A stretch of 64,000 nt of DNA from Phoronis australis (lineage: Eukaryota > Animalia > Phoronida), in NCBI GenBank assembly GCA_002633005.1, contig NMRA01000257.1:216731-280730 (forward strand), in the 5' to 3' direction. A program made the position numbers and the translations under genes. Under the pieces are notes generated by a model that was given only the letters and a program-made list of their open reading frames with translations, did no database searches and was not told the origin of the DNA. Positions 51,701 through 64,000 of the stretch are shown in pieces; within the stretch, counting starts at the first letter, position 1; each line of letters starts with the position of its first letter.

Positions 51701-54700
51701 GCTTAGATCCGCTAACTTGGTTTATTCAAGCAGTGTCTGTGATTTTGGTTTGACCTAATTAACGCCGAGTGAGTTTTTAAGTAACCCAGTGGTGATGTTT
51801 GATGTTTTTGCTTTGGACCAAACAGGTGCGCAAAAACAGGAAAATATAGAATAACAGCCCAAAAAAATACAACAGACAAACTATGCAACAGTATAGACCA
51901 AGCCAAAATATTAAACTGCGAATAGAATAAATCAAGTTAGCGGCGGTGAATTTTCCATTAAAGCGCTAATTTAAATAAACTCCATTCAATCCTTGGTTTT
52001 AGGTTATCATGTGTCAGCAAAAGTGCTAACCTGAGAAGAATTTTATAAAAAAACAAAGCTTTTCATCCCAAAACAATAACCAAAACAGCGCTACAAAGAA
52101 GGCACAGCATTACCCTTTACACTTAGGCTAGACATGTATAAACCTCACCCACCATTGTCTTCCTGAACTGGGCTATCAACTGAGTGATTCAGCCATGACT
52201 GGTTATCATTACAGCCAATCTTGACCCATGTAGATGCTCTGTAAGCAGCATCATAGACACCTGAAAGGACCAAAATGATCTGATACAGTAACTACACGAT
52301 CACCAGTGCTGTAGTGGTAAACTGAAAGGTAAGTAGGCGCCCAAAGCCCACCGTATCACACTGGGCATGCAACGTAACTTACGGTGCGTAGGCGCTATGT
52401 TCATATGCCAAAAGGTGGTGGGCTGCACCTACGTGCGCCTACGCCCCACTACAGCATTGACAATCACCACAAATATGACACAGTTACACAGCCCAGTAAC
52501 ACAGTGAAGCTATATACAGTAATTCTCTCCCTATTTCGGACAAAAATAATTGGCAAAATTGTCATTTTTCTATTTTCCAAAGTCTAACTAATTCACCACA
52601 AATATTGGAAAATATGCCCCAAAGCTCTCAAGTTCTTGACATCTACAAAGAAACCATGTCACATACCATGGGTTAGTGTTTACAGACCAGGGGCCTGTTC
52701 CAAGAAACTGACTTAAGTTCATTTTTGACTTAAGTTTAAGATTTGTCTTAACTTCCAAACTTTGAAATTTCCACATTTGGTAAGTTAGTCAAAATTAAGA
52801 CAAAATTTATGTCAAACACATAAGTCAAACTTAAGATCTCTTTCTTCAATTGGTTTTGAGACAAATTCAAACTTTATTTTAAAATTTACTAAAATTGTAG
52901 ATTTGTCTAAGCTAAGTCAGTTTTGCTAGAACGGCCCCTAATTATTAGACTAAGACTGAGCCCAGACGAAGTGCGTTAACCTAGCCAAGCAAAAAATCAA
53001 GCATATAATAAAGACATGACAAAAATGGGCAAGTCCTGTTCTCTCGCCTGCATAAAATCTTATCTGCAGAATTCTATTAAGATCCTTAATCAAACTTAGT
53101 GAACATTGACGGAAGCACTAGGGGGCATATCAGTATTCGAGGCTGTCAAAAAATCGACGATAACTTTGTCAAATAATTCTTCAGATTGGAAGAATGCCAA
53201 AAATGGGGCAAACACTTTTCAAATTGCTACAAACATGAGTAGGCACTGTCATCTTCTTTGTACAGAAACCAATATGTCATATTTCACAAAGTTCCACCAC
53301 GAGACTAATGGCCACTCAGATAGAGGTAGATGCAACTGAAAACTAAAAGTAAAATTTGCCTCAAGAGGTCACAGCAGTAGTTGGATCAGTCCAAAACTAA
53401 ACAAATCTGACGTCTAGTTAACAGAAACAAAAATACTTAAATTGCCATTAGGAGGCACACACGGTAACAGAGCAGTCTGTAACAGTACTCCTTCATCAAC
53501 TCTGGTAGATACAGTCTAATATTTTACCACCTGAGCACAGTATTGTCTTGGCGGGGCATTTTCCTCTCAGCTACTAACTTGAGTTCAGTTATCACCTTTG
53601 CTGGTTATTTCGCTATGTGGCATCCGTGGTATAATCTCGGGTGGGTACTTGTCTTTGTGTTATCCTATTTTATCGAATGGGAATTTATTTTTGTTTTATC
53701 AGTAGCATAATCGAGCAGCCAAACAAAAGAAATGGTCGTGCTTCAGGGAGTTGCTCAAATGGTATCCTCTCAAGCAGGATTTACAACCTGTACTGTTTTT
53801 ATCTAGGGATCCCATTTTGTCAGTTGCCAACTAGTAGGTGATATGATGGTCTTCATTTTGAATGTGCAACAGCACTCATTACTTGGAAGAGAAGCTCAAG
53901 GTATACATTTCTTAAACTTGGCTGACTTAAATGTAAAGAACAAACGAAGTCCAAATCACATACTGATATTCCCAGCACATCTATTTGTATGACAGGCTAG
54001 TCTAAACAACCTTTCAGAACTGAATTTAAATGACCTCTACATGAAAAATACAGATATGTCATGCTGTCAAAAACCGGTTCTTGAATAAAAAGATTTACCG
54101 TGCTTATCCGGATTCCTGCCCTGGGTGCATGAATTGGGAATTCAGAAATATGTTCATCACTTCAAGGCTTCACATAATCAGCACACAATATGGCCATGTG
54201 AAATTCTAATTGTCAAATGTCTCCAAAAACTTAAAGCTTAAGAAAATCTTATTTTATAACTAGCATGGTTTGCCTGTGCTGTGCAGATGTCATAAAACTA
54301 CTTTAGGAACATTTTCCATTAAAAAATGGAAAAATGACAGTTTTTAGCGATTGTTTTTGTACGAAAAGTGAAGAATCACTGTTAGTCGTAGAATATTTTC
54401 TGTAATGCCAAAGTTGCAAATTTTCAGATTTTTTTTAAACCAAACATTTCAAGTGCTTAGGTATTCTTTCTGCAAAGCATATTATTAGACAGGAATAGAA
54501 AAATATCTTGTTCCGCAAATCAAATGTACAGTTTAAAATTGAAAAAACATGTTCACTGCTATGAAGGTCACCACCTGCTATTTTTACACAGAACTTGATA
54601 AATTAAGGTTTAGAACCTTTCGAAGTCCCTTGTCTAAAGAGGAAAGCAACTGCTTTGCACCTTTAATTTAAACAAAAATCATTGGTTCACATGCAATGCT

Positions 54701-55659
54701 ATTTTTCAGTCTAAATTTCTGTTACCCTGGCCCTCTGCAGCTGCATGCAACAATTGTAAAGTGACAATAAAGGCCCTGTAAAAGGCCCACCTTTATATGT
54801 CTGTATTCTTGTCCATTGAGCCAATGCAATGACCAACTCACTATTGAATTGTGTGAGTCAGTAGTAATTGGGTGATTAAGGTAATTTCTGTATTGTTGCA
54901 CACATAGCAGCTGGAAAGCAGGCACAGGACAACAATCTCCTTAAAAACAACACCAAAAAATTTTTTGGCTTCCCCTTTAAAGCCGACATATTTGAAATCA
55001 GTAAAAACATCCAACATTCTCAGAATGATAGTGACCGTGAATAAACTTTTAAAAACGTCACATGGTGCCACGTGACATAACTTACCACTGTCATCGTCGT
55101 CATCTTCACCATCACCATCGTCATCATTTTCATTGCTCTCTGTAATTGTATGTTGCCTGACACTCTGGCGCGCTGACTGCCTCCTCATCACAACTTTCAC
55201 GTCTCGTGGTTCATCGCTCTCGCGCACATTAACACACACAACTTTTGTAAAACTTTTAGTCAAGTCATCGCAGTCCGTCTCCGACGGCAGGTTCATGTTG
55301 GGTGCACCAGTATCACTACTAGACTGACCTGGATCTACACTCTCCACCTCAGACACACCATCCTGGTCTGAGTTCACTGCATGCTGGTGTGTACCTTTGT
55401 AATTGACAGCAGGTTCTATAGCCTCCAGTTTCCCATTGGCATCCAAAACAATAACACCAGAGCCCGTGTCCTTATTATGGTGTAATTCGTAACACACTTC
55501 AGTCTGTGGCATGGAATCTCCCTCATGATCATACCCATTCTGTTCACATTGTTCATTGTCATCCACATAATCCTCTTCAGAGAGAAATTCAAATGCTGCA
55601 CTGATTTTGGCAGACACTCGGCTTGCCCTGAACTCCGACCTTCTAGTTCCAGCAGACAT
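42782..55659 (-). CDS. PDZ + two PH domain scaffold protein, 11 coding exons, ~624 aa
   Basis: Exons 55659-55086, 52260-52153, 50487-50452, 49153-48974, 47722-47621, 47285-47175, 46730-46534, 46150-46005, 44618-44386, 43286-43154, 42836-42782, phases consistent. PDZ: EDFGFHVSGSCPVFVSTVTPGGAAAAAGVKEGDAIVCING..HEEVVAILKK. PH1: GTLLKRS..KTWKKRWCVLK..YYFAASSKEEFLSW. PH2: GYLTKMGGHYKSWKKRFCVLKD..FYADFDKDKERWM. Candidate polyA signal 39728-39733. Confidence 0.88.
44050..44395. repeat. ~70-bp degenerate tandem repeat (~5 copies) overlapping a splice donor
   Basis: Unit GCTGTATGTAACCTCATTGGGTCATCACCAGAGCTTTGTATGACCAATACAATACCTTTGGCCTT..CA. Confidence 0.85.
45003..45084. repeat. 28-bp tandem repeat, ~3 copies
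   Basis: TTTGAATGAACGTGGAAATG(A/G)AATTCCG. Confidence 0.85.
52304..52459. mobile_element. hAT-like MITE with 8-bp TSD
   Basis: TIRs CAGTGCTGTAGTGG / CCACTACAGCATTG; flanks ACGATCAC / ACAATCAC. Confidence 0.8.
52689..52939. mobile_element. PIF/Harbinger-like MITE
   Basis: AGGGGCCTGTTCCAAGAAACTGACTTA ... TAAGTCAGTTTTGCTAGAACGGCCCCT with internal GACTTAAG subrepeats. Confidence 0.65.
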
Positions 55660-58600
55660 TATGACACTTCAACTACTGCCCAGTGAAGCCGGAAAACATC
55701 CACATTGCCTTGTCCGACTATAATGCCAAAAAAATAAGATTATATAGTTTCTCGTTTTACATGGACCCCGTACAGTTGCCAATACATACAGCAATAGGCA
55801 TGCAGTATTCGGTGCCATCAACTTATAGTAAAATATATATTCCCTCATTCAGGAGACAATAAAGGGGACAAGTGACATTATATACATTTATTTTATATTT
55901 TTGTTAATTCCACAAAAGACAAGTATCGTCAAAGTAAATATTTTATAATTTTACAGTTCTATACCATAGCGTCTATCAAGCAATGCTTATAGCCTTGTGA
56001 GAGTGTGAAACTGTCTTTTGCTTGGTCAACTTCTAATTTTGGTGTGTTAAGACTGGAGTCGACAGGAACGAAATCCAATTTCTTTCAGTCAAAGACATTT
56101 TAGACATTGGACATTTTCACATAATCACAAGTCATTTCATTACAATCCCATTGAACAACACTGACAATGTTCTGCCCTTATTATGTACCACTCTCCTGGA
56201 GTATAAAATCAAGAAATTTCCACTTTCAGGACCTAATCCAGATTCAGAATCACACTTCATTGAACTTGTCAAGCAAGCCTTTTGTGTATTGGTACACAAA
56301 ATTGTGGTTAAGGTGGTCAGAGCTTATACAGACACACAAATGAATCAACAGGTGAAAGTTAAGTCTAATTTCTCTGAAAGTTAACCGTTTTTTCTTCATT
56401 CGAAGTTTTTAGGTGAAAATATTTCATACAAAACACATCTGCCTCACGACGTTTGTTTAAAGTCGTTTGCAAAATGTATTTTTAAATATTGGTTATCAAG
56501 CCCACTTTTTACAACATAATTGCTGGATTACATGAGCTTATCAGATGAAAGCGGACAATAAGAGAGCTGGACTGTGTAAACATTGGTTTGCCACTGTGAA
56601 ACTGATAACAACACCCCTGTATCCCAACAGGCCAATCAGTCAGTCCTGATACTCATTCCTCAGCACGGGTGCGTATCCTCCATGCAAGTGTGCAGAACAT
56701 TGTTCATCATCATATCCCATTTGGCCACAAGTCGTATTTCATTATGTCGCCACTAAATCAAAAATATCTATGATGAAAATGAGAAAATTAATTCTTGATT
56801 TTTGTCTAAAACTGCTAAGATTTAATGTCAATTTTAACTCACTGCTGTTATGACAAAAAGCGCATGGGATCTCTATTTCTTAAGCTGGGCAGGTGGTGAA
56901 TTCTCCAGTCAGATACAATACATGCCAGATGTGACTTAAAAGTCATGCCGCCTGTAACTCACATTATTTTTGGTAAACATGATTTTTTTGATTAAAACAT
57001 AAACGTTGTCAAGTATGTTAAGATTTTTGATTTCTAAATCTTGATATTGGAAAGTCAATAAAAGTACAACAAAACAGGTCAGTTATTTTTTCTTACCTAA
57101 AGACATATATATACAGTCAAATTTCTTCAACTTAGAAAACAGCTTAATTAAGCAATTACGAAAAATCTTCCATTCAGTCAACTCCAGGCAATGAGTAGTT
57201 TCCAAATGTACACTCTTGCTATTTTAAACACCAAAGCGCATCAGGAGGTTTGTATGACTACACATTTTGCTTTAGTTTTTCAAAAATAAGGATAACTTCA
57301 CAAACATGGACAGAAACACAAGAACAACCAATACGTTCATTTATGTATAAGTTGTATTGTTTTTTATAACAAATGTGGTCCAAATGTCTTATTTGAACAA
57401 GTTGAGACCAGTATGAATACAGGGTATAGCATAATGTTTCAGCAAATGCCTCGCTTCTGAGAAAGTCAAATGCATTTAGTTTAAATCCCTTCTGACTTCA
57501 TGATTTTATCACTGTCCATTTATTTGATCATTTGCAAATCTTCAAAGTAAAAACAACTACTAAGCATATTTTTATTAGCTGAAAATTGTATTTCAGTGGG
57601 TGTGACGGATACCTGACTGATGTATCGAATTCACATATGTCAGTCATGCAGGTTCTAATGCAACGAATAATTCCTGGGAATTAAAATTTTGGTAAATAGT
57701 ATTGAATAACAAGATAAAAGAGAATCTGACATTTATTTTGCTTGAAAACTTTTAGCACGGATGTATCGTCATGATATCCAAGAGTTGGCCTTTGACCCTG
57801 AGAGGTCTAATGATATTCTTGGTTAGTTAAGGCTTCATGTGGTAGCACAAAATTGATAGCACAGAAGAATTCCAAAACTTGCTTATTACAAAAATTAACA
57901 CAGTAATAATTGGGTAAAATCTTGGGAGGTCAACTGACTCCCAAAAATGGTTCCCTATAGACAATTTGAAGGTTATACAACATTTAAGAATGGGTTCTGA
58001 AGTATTGTCGAAATCTAATTTTATGTCTGTGCCGGGTAAAACCTTTTCCATGCAAAAAATTGTTCGATGACACTTGGCTTACCTCAAAATCCAACTTCTG
58101 CCTGGTGGTTTGGAAATTGGCTCAGTTATGTTGCACATCCAACAGAAATAATGAGGAACATATCATACCAACACTAAACAAACGTCAAACGTTTTAGGTA
58201 GTAAAAGTCAAATTTCCTCTCCAATTTTCAAAATTCAAAAACCTAATTACGTGTGTTTTTCACGAACTATTCCAATATACTATATACAAACTTTTAACTA
58301 AAATTTAAAAATAATATATATTGTTATCCCCCAATGTGTTTATGATAGTTCCCATAATCTAGAGAACAATAACACCAGCAGCCTGGGTCGATTGAATTAC
58401 CACAACAGCATGGTGTCTTTGATCTAAACCAGTAGATTCTAAACTGCACAAACCGGTGGAGTTGTCCAATCTCGACCAGTTAGGGTATCAATGGAAGATT
58501 CTTTTCATGCAACTTATGATGGGGTCACACTGAGGCCCTTGGGTTGATCTACTACTCGTATCTACCACTGGTACTAACACTCATTGTAATAAAACATAAA

Positions 58601-61027
58601 TGTTGGACACTCCAATCGATCAGTATGATCAGAATTTTCTACTCAAATATGCATGGCACTCTAGAAAATCATTATCAAACAATTTTTAATACCTTTCTTC
58701 ATTTGATCCCATCAAAGTCACAGCCTTTGAGTGGTGATTTGGTAACAAAAATCATAAAACACCAAAATCCAATTCAAAGAGGCTGAGTTTGTGATGTCAT
58801 ATGGTAGACAGCCTTTGATCACATGCATCCTGGTTTTGATGGGCACTCTCGAAGTAATTCCAAAATTCTGTTTTCATCATCCAGCAGAAAGAACAGGAGG
58901 TGGAAACGAATGACCGCAAGGCCAAAATACAAATGTTATTTTATTGCATATCCGCATAATCTCTATAGTCAATTAGCCAGTAGAATGTATTTAAACTCTG
59001 AATTTGAATAAAAAATTTTGTTTCCACCTAAAGAACCGAAGGTTACTGGCTATTGACGTACTGCCAAATCCAAAAGATGCCGATAGGTGAGTTTCTGTGA
59101 TTAACATGCGCAGTCACACATTGGAAATCTCTGTCAAATAGCTGAGTGTCTGCTGTACTCGCAACCAAGAAAATAATACTTATCAAGATACCCTACTCCA
59201 GTTCTTGCAAGAAACACAAAAGTTTAATTTCACTAACCTCAATCATTTAAACTGAGCGCCAAACTTCCTGACTGCCATAAAGGTTGCTTGCTCAAACTCG
59301 AAATTTTATTTTCATCAGGCTTATACTACCGCCCGGTAGTTACTGAAATTCAGAGTTTGTTTGTTTTGGAAATTCCGTCTCCAATTCACAACTCACAGGA
59401 CAATTTAATGGGATCAATAATAAGGTTTCAGGAGTTTATGCGCTACCAATCTGAGGAGGTGTACGCAGGTTTTATTTGGACTTGGAATACTTGAAGTTCG
59501 GGACTTAGGCTCGGCAACATTTTATGTCCAACGTCACTGAGAAATTCGTCTGCGTCATGCACGCCGGAATTCATGAATCGAGTACTAGTTAGACAGGTTA
59601 CGTGTCCACTTCAGCCTCGCAGTCCTGTGAGTTATTCCAACACAGAGATGGAGATAAATTCAGTGAGGGACAAAACTTACCTCATAGGCTTATATTCTCA
59701 TATACTAATTACTTGAAATTGACTTATGAAAAGTTGAAAACTTCCAGCAGCTTGCCAATAACCTGTTGATTGTAAATCACGACGTCTAGCGTTGATAAAT
59801 TAGTTTTTACTTCCTTATCAGGGGAAGTAATTCTCAGTTTTCTTAGAACCTCAGTGCTCAGTGCCGTAATATTGCCGAAGGGTTGAGGTTAGTCAGTTTC
59901 CGTTTCTGTTGCGAAATATTGTAGCGCCAGACTTTTGCTTGTATTATTTAAAAATCGCGAAAATTTTGGGATCCCCGGAAAATCTCAGTCGGCAGTAGTA
60001 TGCAGAGTTAAGCGGCTTTATATGACTCTATTTCACAAAAAAACGGTTTTGGCTCCAGTGTCCATCAACTGTTAATTTGCAACTGAGACTTCAAGTGCAG
60101 TTGGACTCAGGCAGTTCCGGCCTAAGATGCGTGCATAAACCGTTGTACATATATTTTCTTGAATGAACTTATGTACTTCCTTGACAAACGTACTTCCTTA
60201 ACTTACCTTAAAGACACCTGCCGGGAACTGAAATACACAAGCGTAGTTTATTTAGGAGCACTCCCAGGCCCCACAAAATGGCAATAGAAAATCTAATTGT
60301 TCTTATATTTTTCTTTGTCGAATTCATTTACTCGTTTTCATCATCTTCTATTCCATTGAATCCTAATGAATTCTGTTGTTTTTAATGCTCTCACTTTGTT
60401 ATGTCCTTCTGTGGTCCTCATCCCGTCCTGAGAGGGAACCTATGAAAGGTAAGTTGCCAAACACACTCTCTGTGGAAAGAATCTACATCATATTAAATTA
60501 AAACTGGAAAAGAGTGACAGTTGATTCCATCATCCGCCCCCCGNAAAAATCAATATTCAATTTTCAACTGAATACGACCTAGATAAACTTCAACAATGAG
60601 CAACAAAATGTACTGTTACTAACTTTGCTAAGGCCGACAATATTCAACGTTACATTTACATGTAGGCCACAACTGAAGCGAGAGCACTAAAATGACACCA
60701 GCTGTAGGCCTACCACCCATCATGTGCAAAAGTTTAGTTTTCAACCTCACAAACACCTCGACATATCTGGCTTGCCGGACAATAACTTTTATGCCCCACT
60801 CTGGCAGTTGTGTTCTGATTGTTAAGAAAATTTAAAAACGCTTAACGTGACACGTATTGCACTCGGTCTACTTGCCTACCACTATAAGAGGACGTGCGCA
60901 CATGGCAGGCCGGCCGCGGCCTATATTGCACGATCACCTGGAACCATTTTTATGCTTTATTAATATATAATTCAGTAAAACCGAGCTCGGAGGACCTAGA
61001 AACTTAACTCAAGGGGCTAAAAGCAAT

Positions 61028-61103
61028 GTGGTCCAGTGGGAGTCGAACCCACACGGCCGGGGCGGGGTCTGAGCACCCCGTCGTCACACGTCACTACTGC
61101 GCC
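61028..61103 (-). mobile_element. tRNA-like SINE head / tRNA pseudogene fragment
   Basis: Minus strand GGCGCAGTAG...GGGTTCGACTCCCACTGGACCA has a B box but no clean cloverleaf. Confidence 0.4.
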
Positions 61104-63833
61104 TGATCAGTGACACCATGCAGGGACGCGTAACACAAATATAAAAAATGTCATCAGGATGCATAACGGTAGTCAAAACGGGTGCGCCCAACATTGCAGA
61201 GTAGGAAAGATTTGATGGTTGCGGGGAGGGATCAGGGGGCGGGGCACCGGTCCCCCGGCAACACTTGGTTCCGTTGACTGACTCGAGGGGCTACGGAAAG
61301 AAATGACATTTGGATTCTGAGTGTTTGTTCTGCAATTATAGACCTACTAATGAAAAGTTTAGGCCTAAAAACAGGTATGTTCGAAAAATTACTCGTAATT
61401 GCGTAGCTAAATGTATGTGCCGCGCGTATATTAGGCTTGTATATATTATTAGTTTTTACCGTTTCTATGATAATTCTTTTGTGCAATGTTTACCTGTTGC
61501 CCAGATGTCGTTTTTTGTTAATTATTTTCTGAGCAGTAGGCCTACTCTTATCTCTAGTATTCATCTATACCCGTGAAATCAAGTTTTAAAAAATGAACAG
61601 TAGTTTACCTTGTTAAAGAATCTAACCCACTTTGTGTTGCTGACAGCGTACGGTGTGTTTGCCAATTGCCCCGCTCTTGGCGGATTGTCCCATTCTTTGT
61701 TTTTTTTTACAACCATCCCGCCACTCACCATCAAAATGTCTCGCTTTTTGACAAACGGCGAAATTGACATAATACTATTGTAATTTCTCCGTGACATAGT
61801 CATATGTTCCCCTTCGACTAAAATGAAAAAAATAGTTTCATCATGATGGGGTTTTGCGGCACCCGCATTTTTTCATTCGAGTACAAAAAAAAACGAAAAA
61901 TGCCGTTGAAAACTTTTGGGTGTCACGTCTGTCGTTCGACAAGAAAACGCTGACGGGATGTTTTTGTTTTTTGCAACGAATACTTCATCCTTGGCGTTTT
62001 GCCTTAGACCCAGATGCACCGCTATTTATTCGGAAGTCTCACATTTCAATGCGGTCATTCCGTTTTTTCTCTATTAAATGTTGACCGTGTCAATTGGAAC
62101 AGGTGTCCACTTTCTTTAGTAACAATCCAATGTCCCTTGTCTACGGTAACATATACACTATATATACGAGGATCCTACTTTCTGAAGTCCTACACTGCAA
62201 CCAATGTAATGAGCTATCCACGGTACAAGCTATGTAATACAAGTTTGCCCATTTTTATCTACAAAATTTGCCACTTTTCAGTTATCCTCCTCCCTCTCCC
62301 TCTGTCGTCATCGCCATATAATCCCCCGTCCAGCTTCTAATTACGTCATCACAGCCAACCCCCGCTGTTTTTTGAAGACCCGACGGTTTGTTGGAGATTT
62401 CGTCTTTACGATCTAGTGTCAAACTAATGTCGCTTTATAACCGTAAGTTGCATTTGCCGCTGTTGTATACAGCAATGAAATAAAGTATGCCATTTCAACT
62501 ATCAAACCAAATATAATGAATATTTTCTTACCTAACAACGCCAGAGGAGCGAGGATGCGGCTGGGAAAACAAAATATTTTAATAAGGGCGGCCTGTCACT
62601 TTTTATGTGCCCACTTATTTGTTTGTCTGTGTACAAGTTTACAAGGTAAGTCTAGTGAAATATCAAATCTTGCAAGCGTGAAACGGCAGGTCCCAGTTTT
62701 AGAATTAGTTTTTTGGAACTAGTTAGGCCCTAATTCTGCCAGAAGGGGAATCAGTTTCCCAAATAATATGCCCGGTGAGGGAGATACTCTACTAAACCCC
62801 ATGAGGACGTCATCATGGATCTAACCCCACCTCCCTCCCCGTCATAAATCGACCGTCCAGACCCTCTCCCCCTCGAATGATGACGTAATATGTGAACCCT
62901 CCCTAACGGTTTTCTTATACGACTCTTACGCAATTCGGTTGAGAAACGGCGGAGTCACTAAAACTCTTAGCGACAGTTAATTCCATAGCAAGGTCCAACA
63001 ACAGAAGGAACAAACGAATACAAATTCCACGAATACGCAGCGCAACCTCAGCAGCGCGAGATTGAAGCTAGCATTCCAGGACTAGAGTTCTATGGGAGAG
63101 CGAAACTTTATTTAATAACGGAACTTGGGGTGCAGTATGAAAGCACAGTAAATCAATTCTGGCAAATTCAGTGTAATAATACTTATATATATATATATAT
63201 GCTTAACAAGATGACAATGTAAAATCCCAACTCCTGCAATAACATGGCAACGGGTGTCGCGGACGCCTTGATCACGCACTATAGTGCTGTGGTATGTCTC
63301 TGTACCCTCAAGTAATGACGTAATGCGTGAACGATCCAAATGTAAATGCCATCAAAACACGATAACACTTGTCGCTGTCCATCTCGATTATGGCAGTACG
63401 GTATGTGGCTGGTGCTGTGTCGATTGTCGGCTTTAGGTTTAGTCAGTGGTGGAGTGCGGCTGTGGTCCGTCCGTGAACGTGTTTTATTATCGTTCCAAAA
63501 AAGGCTTTTGTGATAGAAATATTTTTGTTGCACACTTTACCTAAAATAGATGTTTTTTTTCAGCAAGGAGCTTGAATTAAAAAAAGAGGAAAACAGAAAA
63601 AAAATAAATTGCCACTAGGAGGCACAGAGTTAGTCAGATTGGTTTGAAATAAAACAGTTTCTCAACCAATCTAACCAGACCTACCCCTGTAATAAGTTGG
63701 CATTTTCCAACCCCCCCCCCCCATCAGCAATGATGTAATATGTGAAAGCTCAATACAACCAGATACTAGAAACAAACAATTATTCCTTTAATTTTTATTG
63801 GATGTTTTTGTATATTACAAGTAATGTGGTAGT

Positions 63834-63943
63834 TTATTTGCCCTTCTTGGATCTCATCTTCCTCAGGTAGAACTCTAGTTCTTTGCCCTCAAGAATATAA
63901 CCATCACAGCGCCCACACTGACCAGGTCTTGAGGAGATGGCAG
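63834..63943 (-). CDS. RPS8: 40S ribosomal protein S8 (eS8), last coding exon; gene continues beyond window
   Basis: Acceptor TTTCAG at 63944; translation [35 protein letters not shown], the conserved eS8 C-terminus; polyA signal at 63794-63799. Confidence 0.95.
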
Positions 63944-64000
63944 CTGAAACAACCATAGGATGATTATTATCTGGTAAAGCAACACCATGCTACTAGCATT

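Noticed and set aside
54841-55085. C-terminal hydrophobic part of the 272-aa ORF
   Set aside because: Lies past the GTAAG donor at 55085 and is intron read-through.
62800-63750. TGA(C/T)GTAATATGTGAA motifs as CRE/bZIP sites
   Set aside because: Each follows a C-rich tract in the same layout, which fits orphan MITE ends better; partner ends were not located.
63946-64000. Intronic snoRNA expected in RPS8
   Set aside because: Only 55 nt of intron are in the window and no C/D or H/ACA box arrangement is visible.

Overview
Eukaryotic DNA from an invertebrate animal (spliceosomal GT-AG introns, AT-rich, repeat-rich; lophotrochozoan-like by repeat content, which is inference). Genes reconstructed by hand: (1) an intronless orphan ORF of ~810 aa with internal ~110-aa repeats (+, 4974-7406); (2) a 21-exon gamma-tubulin complex component 5 gene (TUBGCP5, -, 10539-31273); (3) a 239-aa orphan with a single coding exon (+, 36348-37067); (4) an 11-exon PDZ + tandem-PH scaffold gene (-, 42782-55659); (5) the last exon of RPS8 (-, 63834-63943). 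The strongest signal is a young Helentron/DINE-1-type element (HINE) in the last TUBGCP5 intron. Its central tandem repeat is an array of nine co-oriented, near-consensus CTCF motifs 144-161 bp apart, and older relics of the family put similar motifs across the window, all in one orientation. Also present: a 1583-bp TTAA-flanked Kolobok-like insertion whose empty site is visible in an adjacent duplicated (probably haplotypic) segment, a possible 1-bp frameshift in TUBGCP5 exon 14, many MITEs, tRNA-derived SINEs and minisatellites. No prokaryotic features, CRISPR arrays or rRNA were found.
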